64,000 nt of DNA from a virus, in IMG/VR virus record IMGVR_UViG_3300036770_005084, positions 1 to 64,000 of that record; one strand, 5' to 3'. A program made the position numbers and the translations under genes. The notes beneath the pieces were generated by a model, which was not told the DNA's origin, did no database searches, and was given only the letters and a program-made list of their open reading frames with translations. Positions 7,747 to 14,298 of the stretch are shown in pieces (the stretch's first letter is position 1; every line of letters begins with the position of its first letter).

Positions 7747-7995
7747 ATGTTTAATCAACTTGAATTTCAACAACACGGTCTTAAAGATTGTGTACATGCA
7801 AAGTATCAGTTCTCAAATGATTGGAGTATTTCTATTGTTTCCGGACCTGCTGGTTGTGGATTATATGGGAATCTAGAAGATGAGACATATGAAGTTGCAA
7901 TCTACCGACCGAATGGAAATATGACTGAAGATGTGATTGGATGGAATACTAAACAGGAAGTGTCTGCGATGATGAGAGTACTGTCTCAACTCTAG
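7747..7995 (+). CDS. Conserved phage hypothetical protein (FSNDWSISIV...YEVAI)
   Basis: ORF track; F.N.+.+S+...YE+A+ pattern seen in small phage proteins. Confidence 0.72.
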   Translation: MFNQLEFQQHGLKDCVHAKYQFSNDWSISIVSGPAGCGLYGNLEDETYEVAIYRPNGNMTEDVIGWNTKQEVSAMMRVLSQL

Positions 7996-8044
7996 TCCAG
8001 CATACCGATAAGGGATGCTGATAGGTAGAAGAACCGTAAACCCC

Positions 8045-8073
8045 TTGACAACCATCCAGATCCGTGCTATGAT
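8045..8073 (+). promoter_or_regulatory. Sigma70-type early promoter
   Basis: TTGACA-17 bp-TATGAT with extended TG; upstream hairpin CAGCAT...ATGCTG. Confidence 0.8.
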
Positions 8074-8097
8074 GAACGAAGTTCAGAGGATGAGACC

Positions 8098-8271
8098 TTG
8101 ACCACTGCTCAACGAATGGAAAAACAATTTTTCATCAATTTCATTCAACTTATCAATGAGGTTCAAGGTAAGACTAAACTTCCTTCGCAGATTGTTAAGA
8201 ATCGCAAGTCTGCTTGGGTTAAGCAAGTTGTAAATCCCAAGCAAAAGAAAGATGCACTTTCTCTTGTGTAG
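8098..8271 (+). CDS. Basic hypothetical protein (57 aa, TTG start)
   Basis: Hand-translated MTTAQRMEKQFF...; GAGGA upstream. Confidence 0.6.
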   Translation: MTTAQRMEKQFFINFIQLINEVQGKTKLPSQIVKNRKSAWVKQVVNPKQKKDALSLV

Positions 8272-8307
8272 TTCTTTTCTTCCTTCCTTTTTCTTTTTCT
8301 TCAATCA

Positions 8308-8493
8308 ATGATGAAACTCACCAAGGCACAAAAAGAAATTCTTCTCACTCTTGAGAATGGTGATGTTGTGAATAACTGGTCTCAACGTATGCGAGCAATT
8401 CAACCACTGATTGATGCTGGTATTGTTTATATCAAGGTGACGAATGATAAGAATGGTATTACAGAAGATGTAAGAGTTGCACTGGTTGATTAA
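8308..8493 (+). CDS. Hypothetical protein (possible winged helix)
   Basis: KLTKAQKEIL...IQPLIDAGIV pattern. Confidence 0.65.
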   Translation: MMKLTKAQKEILLTLENGDVVNNWSQRMRAIQPLIDAGIVYIKVTNDKNGITEDVRVALVD

Positions 8494-8539
8494 GTTCTTT
8501 TTCTTCCTTCCTTTTTCACTAAACCAAGAGTTCTTTCTT

Positions 8540-8743
8540 ATGACTATCGACCAACTGATTTCGATTCTCAATCGTGCCAAAGAATCTGCCGGTGGTGATA
8601 CTGAAGTTCAGATTTGCTCTAGTGATTATTGCTTCGCAGATTCTTCCAATGTTGTCAATGTTGTGATTCAAGATTGTAAATCTTTGATGAGTGATGAAGA
8701 TGGAAATACTACACTTTATCTTGTTAAACCTTATGGTTCTTGA
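8540..8743 (+). CDS. Hypothetical protein (MTIDQLISIL...)
   Basis: Start moved to the ATG at 8540. Confidence 0.7.
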   Translation: MTIDQLISILNRAKESAGGDTEVQICSSDYCFADSSNVVNVVIQDCKSLMSDEDGNTTLYLVKPYGS

Positions 8744-8779
8744 TTAAGTTCTTTCATCTGTCCCACATAAAAACAAGCA

Positions 8780-8941
8780 ATGCTGATTAAAACTGTTTTC
8801 GACGTTCATACTCATCAACCTGTGTATGCTATTTGTAATGCACAACATCAATGTGGTATGATTACGACTAACATTCTCAATGCTATTAAAGCAGCACAAT
8901 GTAAAGACTTCAATCAAGTTCAAACTTTAATCAATTCCTGA
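8780..8941 (+). CDS. Hypothetical protein (53 aa, MLIKTVFDV...)
   Basis: Hand-translated. Confidence 0.6.
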   Translation: MLIKTVFDVHTHQPVYAICNAQHQCGMITTNILNAIKAAQCKDFNQVQTLINS

Positions 8942-9024
8942 TGAAACTCAAAACTAAAATCAATCTATTGTCTAAAGCAATTAACGGTAAAGAACTACTC
9001 ATTATTCTGAATTCAATCAAATGA
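8941..9024 (+). CDS. 27-aa peptide MKLKTKINLLSKAINGKELLIILNSIK
   Basis: Coupled at both ends (TGATG, ATGA); weak resemblance to the N-terminus of ORF 6998. Confidence 0.5.
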   Translation: MKLKTKINLLSKAINGKELLIILNSIK

Positions 9025-9230
9025 CAAACAAAGTGTTTCAAATTGAATTGTGTAAAGAGGATGCACAAAGAATACTTGATGCACTTGAATTACTCCAATG
9101 TCAGACTAAACAACAGATTGATGATTGTAAGAGTGAAGAACAACAAACCATTGCCTGGTTAGAATGGTCTTATGTAAGTGAATTACATTATGATTTGGAT
9201 TGTAAGTTTAGATTAGAGACCTGGAATTGA
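9021..9230 (+). CDS. Hypothetical protein
   Basis: ORF track. Confidence 0.65.
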   Translation: MTNKVFQIELCKEDAQRILDALELLQCQTKQQIDDCKSEEQQTIAWLEWSYVSELHYDLDCKFRLETWN

Positions 9231-9234
9231 ATAG

Positions 9235-9256
9235 TTTTCCACAAGGTTGCGGAAAA
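9235..9256. repeat. Inverted pair of DnaA-like boxes forming a hairpin
   Basis: TTTTCCACA at 9235-9243 and TGCGGAAAA at 9248-9256. Confidence 0.7.
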
Positions 9257-9437
9257 TTGTTTTGATTTCATGACTTAGTAAAATGTTAATAATTATTATG
9301 ATGTGAGATATATGTCGTTTATAATGATACCCCTATATCGTCCATTTCAGGGTGTTTATATTGATGGTATTGTACGGTATTGTTTGATATCTGTGATTGT
9401 TCTTTTAATGTCTCTAGTTCTCGTGATCTTGGCCCAC

Positions 9438-9481
9438 AGTTTATCACAAACTCTGAGATCTGTCAAGTGTCACTGTGCCAG
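9438..9481 (-). promoter_or_regulatory. Leftward sigma70 promoter with a palindrome half-site
   Basis: Minus strand TTGACA (9466-9461), 17 bp, TG-a-TAAACT (-10 at 9443-9438); CTGGCACA half-site at 9481-9474. Confidence 0.7.
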
Positions 9482-9484
9482 TAG

Positions 9485-9539
9485 TTTTCCACAGGTTTTT
9501 CCACAATTTCCACAGGTTTTTCCACAACCCTGTGGAAAA
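9485..9539. repeat. Cluster of five TTTTCCACA-type (DnaA-box-like) motifs
   Basis: Boxes at 9485, 9497, 9506 (ATTTCCACA), 9518 and inverted at 9531-9539; includes a 21-bp tandem duplication 9486-9506/9507-9527. Confidence 0.85.
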
Positions 9540-9748
9540 CTGTAAATAATTCGATGTTTATTTTGACCCCCCTATATCGTCCATTTCAGGGTTATGAAAT
9601 ACAACTGCACTTCGTGTGTCGTTATCAATCACCTGAAAGGTGTCTAGAATGACCTGTAATCGTCTTTGTTCGTGTAACAGGTAGTCTGAGACCTACGTTA
9701 TATTTTCGTGCTCTCCTCGTGGTTTTTAATGCCCTGGGTATTGCTGGG

Positions 9749-9777
9749 TTGACAGAATAGGGCACTTGATGTACAAT
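9749..9777 (+). promoter_or_regulatory. Rightward sigma70 promoter
   Basis: TTGACA-17 bp-TACAAT. Confidence 0.75.
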
Positions 9778-10054
9778 TAGAATACAGTACGAGTTACTGT
9801 ATGTCACTATGGTCACAGTTCGTGTTATTATCTTCGTGTCCTGACAGTTATCAATTCGTGCCATTATAATTGTTATTAGTAATACAAACTGACAGTGTAT
9901 TCGTTATACTTTGACAGTTTGTGATAATTTATAGGTATATTTTCGTGTTCGTGGAGCACAGTTATATCGGGGGTTGTTTAATTATAATACCGGGTAATGC
10001 GGTTATAAGGGGGGGGGGGTTTTATAATTTTCGAAAGTCCTAACCTACAAAACT

Positions 10055-10246
10055 TTGAAAACGAGAAAGTTATTTCAAATGCTAAAAAAAATTTTTTGGA
10101 GTAAAAAAAATCCTGTGAGGTTTTTGTATAATCATGTGTATGGGACAGAAACGAGTCCTTGGGATGAGATTCATTATATTGGGATTGTATTGGGAGAGAC
10201 AGTGAAGATTATTGGGAGTCACTATATAAAAAAATTTCGGATATAA
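10055..10246 (+). CDS. Hypothetical protein (start uncertain)
   Basis: ORF track; TTG start, and the 5' part is A-tract rich. Confidence 0.45.
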   Translation: MKTRKLFQMLKKIFWSKKNPVRFLYNHVYGTETSPWDEIHYIGIVLGETVKIIGSHYIKKFRI

Positions 10247-10249
10247 AAA

Positions 10250-10411
10250 ATGGTATATAAGTTAATTGCAAGGGAACGAGTATTTTGTGAGGGTAGTTTA
10301 GATGAGTGTCAAAAGACTCTCACAGAGATAACTCAGATGATAAGTGCAGGATTAACGACTGATTTTCAGGTCGAAGAATTTTTAATCCTCAACTTGACTG
10401 GGAATAAATAA
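10250..10411 (+). CDS. Hypothetical protein (53 aa, MVYKLIARERVFCEG...)
   Basis: Hand-translated. Confidence 0.6.
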   Translation: MVYKLIARERVFCEGSLDECQKTLTEITQMISAGLTTDFQVEEFLILNLTGNK

Positions 10412-10461
10412 TCGAGTATCATGAAGTGGTACGTATACGTATTTGTTGTTGAATTAATTTT

Positions 10462-11220
10462 ATGGCCAAGAAAGGATTTACAGTTAAGAATACCGTAGAG
10501 AAAGAACCTGATCAGTTATTTGATATTGATGAATGTAAGGAACGTATTAGGGGCAAGACGATTGTATTTTGTCTACCAGGTAGGGGAGTTTCATATCGAT
10601 TCTTAAAATCATTTGTGCAGTTATGTTTTGATCTTGTACAATCTGGTGCTGCGATTCAGATTTCACAAGATTATAGTTCAATGGTAAACTTTGCTCGATG
10701 CAAATGTTTAGGTGCGAATGTACTAAGGGGACCAGATCAATTACCTTGGGATGGTAAACTCAAGTATGATTATCAACTATGGATTGATAGTGATATTGTT
10801 TTTAATACTGAAGCATTTTGGGCATTGTTTGCAATGGATAAGGACATTGCATGTGGATGGTATGCTACTGAGGATGGAAGAACAACATCTGTAGCACATT
10901 GGTTAGATGAGGATGATTTCAAGAGTAATGGTGGAGTGATGAATCATGAGATGGTAGATACCATTACAAATCGTAAGAAACCATTTACTGTAGATTATAC
11001 GGGATTTGGGTGGACTATGATTAAGAATGGAGTATTTGAGCATCCAGAGATGAAGTATCCATGGTTTGCTCCGCAGATGCAAGTCTTTGAATCTGGTGAA
11101 GTACAGGACATGTGTGGAGAAGATGTATCATTCTGTCTCGATGCTACACGTAAGTGTGGATTTGAAATCTGGTGTCATCCTCAAATTCGTGTCGGACATG
11201 AAAAGACAAGAATCATCTGA
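10462..11220 (+). CDS. GT-A fold (family 2-like) glycosyltransferase, conserved in cyanomyoviruses
   Basis: LWIDSDIVF DxD motif, TGFGW, GEDVSFC, VGHEK. Confidence 0.75.
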   Translation: MAKKGFTVKNTVEKEPDQLFDIDECKERIRGKTIVFCLPGRGVSYRFLKSFVQLCFDLVQSGAAIQISQDYSSMVNFARCKCLGANVLRGPDQLPWDGKLKYDYQLWIDSDIVFNTEAFWALFAMDKDIACGWYATEDGRTTSVAHWLDEDDFKSNGGVMNHEMVDTITNRKKPFTVDYTGFGWTMIKNGVFEHPEMKYPWFAPQMQVFESGEVQDMCGEDVSFCLDATRKCGFEIWCHPQIRVGHEKTRII

Positions 11221-11380
11221 TAGTTATCAGATTTTATGTGAAGGTAGGATCATTTATAAGAATCTCTCTCAAGATGAGATGTTTGACGTTATGGATGATC
11301 TTGCCGAACAATTTATAGAGACAGGTCTTCCCAAACCAGAAGACATTATGGTAGAATGTGTAAGTACTAAGGAGATTTAA
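11198..11380 (+). CDS. Conserved cyanophage hypothetical protein
   Basis: Start moved to the ATG at 11198 (MKRQESSDSYQIL...). Confidence 0.65.
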   Translation: MKRQESSDSYQILCEGRIIYKNLSQDEMFDVMDDLAEQFIETGLPKPEDIMVECVSTKEI

Positions 11381-11385
11381 AGATT

Positions 11386-11529
11386 ATGGCAAAACGTCCT
11401 TCCCTATCTGGCAATTTGATTGAGAGTCGTCCTAAGAAAACTCGTCAAGGTCGTTCACAATATACGAAACTATCTGCTTCTTCGAGGAATGGAGCACGTA
11501 AAAAGTATCGGGGACAAGGTAAAGGTTGA
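11386..11529 (+). CDS. Small basic protein (47 aa, ...KKYRGQGKG)
   Basis: Hand-translated; AGGAG upstream; KKTRQG...KKYRGQG pattern typical of cyanomyoviruses. Confidence 0.8.
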   Translation: MAKRPSLSGNLIESRPKKTRQGRSQYTKLSASSRNGARKKYRGQGKG

Positions 11530-11534
11530 ATATT

Positions 11535-11566
11535 AGAGAGGATTTCTACGAATCCTCTCTTTTTTT
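11535..11566 (+). terminator. Rho-independent terminator
   Basis: AGAGAGGATT/AATCCTCTCT stem followed by a T run. Confidence 0.85.
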
Positions 11567-11748
11567 ATGCCGTTTCTCTATTATAAGTAATAAGGTACGC
11601 TTAGCTCTTTAAGAATCTTATGGAACCCAAGGAAGTGTAAATGGTTATAGATATATTGAAGATGCAGACTATTTAAGAAAGGGATTTTATATTAATTAAG
11701 GGATAGAAACCCCTTAAAAAGTTCTAATTCACCCTAGAATTAGTAAAA

Positions 11749-11982
11749 ATGACTAGAAAACCAACAGATAGAGACTCTTCTTACATGTATAGTATGTGGG
11801 GAACCACAAAATTAGTCACTGATCCAGAACCACAAGTGATTAAAGAAGTTATGTTTGATAATTTTAAATCACAATCTCATAATTTAATAATTCAATCAGA
11901 TCTTCATGAGAAAATTAGAAATGATGAAGACTATGATGACTGGGAATATGGTACTGAACCAATTTATGGAAAACCACAATAA
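11749..11982 (+). CDS. Conserved cyanophage hypothetical protein
   Basis: ORF track; MWGT...IRNDEDYDDWEYGTEP. Confidence 0.75.
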   Translation: MTRKPTDRDSSYMYSMWGTTKLVTDPEPQVIKEVMFDNFKSQSHNLIIQSDLHEKIRNDEDYDDWEYGTEPIYGKPQ

Positions 11983-12009
11983 ATAAATTTATAGTCTAGT
12001 CGAACTAAA

Positions 12010-12420
12010 GTGCCATTAAAAGAATCTGATATATCTAAAGGGTTTAAGGATATTAGTTTGTCTTTTAGTAGACATCCTATAACAAATGATATTTCTGCAA
12101 TTTATAATGAAGATGCGATTAAAAAATCTGTCATGAATCTAGTTCGAACGAAATTAGGTGAAAGATTTTTTAATCCATTTATTGGATCCAATGTTGAAGC
12201 AATGCTTTTTGAATTATCAACACTTGGATTAGATGATGCAATTACTGAGGAGATTAGAACTACAATTATTAATTTTGAACCAAGAGTAGTTTTGAGAGAT
12301 ATATCAGTTAATGATAATTTTGATAATAATGAACTTTTTATTGAAGTTGTTTATGACATAGTGGGATTACCTACACCGACTCAAACATTATCTTTTGTAC
12401 TACAACCAACTAGATACTAA
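12010..12420 (+). CDS. gp25: Baseplate wedge subunit gp25
   Basis: FKDISLSF, AIKKSVMNL, GERFFNP, EPRV; late TAAATA motif upstream. Confidence 0.93.
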   Translation: MPLKESDISKGFKDISLSFSRHPITNDISAIYNEDAIKKSVMNLVRTKLGERFFNPFIGSNVEAMLFELSTLGLDDAITEEIRTTIINFEPRVVLRDISVNDNFDNNELFIEVVYDIVGLPTPTQTLSFVLQPTRY

Positions 12421-14297
12421 TGGCATTCACTCAATTTACAAATTTAGATTTCGATCTAGTTAAAGTTACTATAAAGGATTATTTAAGATCAAATTCTAAT
12501 TTTACAGATTTTGATTTTGAGGGATCTAATCTATCCGTTCTAATTGATATACTTGCATATAATACCTATATTGCGGCATATAATGCCAATATGGTAGCAA
12601 ATGAATCTTTTCTGGATAGTGCCACTATCAGAGAAAATGTAGTTTCTCTGGCAAGAAACATTGGATATGTACCACAATCTAGAAGATCATCAAGAGCAAG
12701 AATATCATTTTTCATATCAGATATACCAAATACAGTTACTACAGTGACTTTGAAAACTGGTATTGTTTGTGTAGGTAATTCTGATAATACCAGTTATATT
12801 TTTTCAACTCCAGAGGACATTACAGTTGGTGTTGAAAATGGAACGGCACTATTTGAGGATATTGAAGTAGTAGAAGGTTCTTTATTAACAAAATCATTTA
12901 CAGTTGATACATCTTTAGTTAATCAAAAATATATTTTACCAAACTCATATATAGATACCTCCACAATTAGAGTTAAGGTAAAATCAGTAAACGCAACAGA
13001 AAGTGAAGAATTCAAATATATTGATAATATTATTAATATTAATTCCAAGTCTGCAGTATTTTTACTCCAAGAAATATCTGATGAAAGGTATGAGGTATTT
13101 TTTGGAGACGATTTGTTTGGCAAAAAATTAACCCATAATGATCAAGTTAGTGTAACATATATTACTTCAAATGGTGAACGAGGTAATGGTGTCTCTAATT
13201 TTTCATTTTCAGGCATAGTATTAGGAAATAATAATTCTAATTTATCTTCAAAAGTATCATCTATTGTGACTCTAGAACCGTCTACAAACGGTTCTGAAAT
13301 ACAAAGCATAGATTCTATTAGATACTACTCCCCAAGACTGTATGCTTCCCAATATAGAGCAGTAACAGCATCAGATTATGAAGCACTATTACCTTCTGTA
13401 TATCCAAATGTAGAATCTGTTACTGCATATGGTGGAGAGGAGATATATCCACCAGAATATGGAACGGTATTCTTAGCAATTAAACCAAAGAATGCAGATT
13501 ATTTAACAGAATTTTCAAAAGAATCAATACTAACTTCATTAAAAAAATATTCTGTTGCTGGAATAAATTTAAAGATTGTTGATATTAATGTACTATATGT
13601 GGAACTAGAATCTACAGTTTATTATAATTCAAATTTAATTGATTCTCCTAGTAATTTAAGAACAAAGGTTATAGATTCACTAAATTCATATGCAAATTCA
13701 ACAGATTTGAATAAATTTGGAGGAAGATTTAAATATAGTAAAACTCTAAGTATTATCGATACTACTAGTGATTCAATAACATCAAATATAACAAGAGTTA
13801 AAATTAGAAGAAATTTAGGTGTTTTAAATCTACCTACAAATTATCTAATATGCTTTGAAAATAGATTTAACGTCAATTCATCTGGATATAATATTCGAAC
13901 AACTGGATTTAAAGTTTCTGGTAATCCTAATCTTGTTTATATTTCAGATATTCCAAATGAAGATCTTACTGTCGGAAAATTATTCTTATTTTCATTAGAT
14001 GGAAATGAAGTTAAAGTTGAAGTTAATAATGTAGGAAGTGTAGATTATATCACTGGTGAAATTAATATAGATAATATAACCGTAGTGTCAACTACTATTC
14101 CAAATAATATAATTGAAATTGAAGCAATTCCATATTCAAATGATGTAATTTCAAAGAAGTCAGTCTACTTAAAATTAGACACTGGAAAAAGTAAAATTAA
14201 TTTAGAACGTGATATTATCTCTTCGGGTGAAAATTCATCTGGAAGTAGATTCCTCCCACAGTCAAGTTATAAAACCGATTTAAAAGTAAGAATCTAA
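12420..14297 (+). CDS. gp6: Baseplate wedge subunit gp6
   Basis: FTDFDFEGSNLS, ESFLDSATIRENVVSLAR, RAVTASDY. Confidence 0.95.
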   Translation: MAFTQFTNLDFDLVKVTIKDYLRSNSNFTDFDFEGSNLSVLIDILAYNTYIAAYNANMVANESFLDSATIRENVVSLARNIGYVPQSRRSSRARISFFISDIPNTVTTVTLKTGIVCVGNSDNTSYIFSTPEDITVGVENGTALFEDIEVVEGSLLTKSFTVDTSLVNQKYILPNSYIDTSTIRVKVKSVNATESEEFKYIDNIININSKSAVFLLQEISDERYEVFFGDDLFGKKLTHNDQVSVTYITSNGERGNGVSNFSFSGIVLGNNNSNLSSKVSSIVTLEPSTNGSEIQSIDSIRYYSPRLYASQYRAVTASDYEALLPSVYPNVESVTAYGGEEIYPPEYGTVFLAIKPKNADYLTEFSKESILTSLKKYSVAGINLKIVDINVLYVELESTVYYNSNLIDSPSNLRTKVIDSLNSYANSTDLNKFGGRFKYSKTLSIIDTTSDSITSNITRVKIRRNLGVLNLPTNYLICFENRFNVNSSGYNIRTTGFKVSGNPNLVYISDIPNEDLTVGKLFLFSLDGNEVKVEVNNVGSVDYITGEINIDNITVVSTTIPNNIIEIEAIPYSNDVISKKSVYLKLDTGKSKINLERDIISSGENSSGSRFLPQSSYKTDLKVRI

Positions 14298-14298
14298 A

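Larger units (their letters stand above)
9330..9592 (+). repeat. 24-bp perfect direct repeat, 2 copies
   Basis: CCCCTATATCGTCCATTTCAGGGT at 9330-9353 and 9569-9592. Confidence 0.9.
9231..10054. other. Long non-coding locus; candidate replication origin
   Basis: No credible ORF; DnaA-like boxes, direct repeats, divergent promoters, G11 tract. Confidence 0.6.

Noticed and set aside
9303-9545. 80-aa ORF with FPQVFPQFPQVFPQ repeats
   Set aside because: The peptide repeat is just the translation of the TTTTCCACA box array; GTG start with no SD, and it overlaps the regulatory motifs
9625-9864. 79-aa minus-strand ORF
   Set aside because: No SD, spans a + strand promoter, and its Thr/Arg bias reflects the CACGAA repeats
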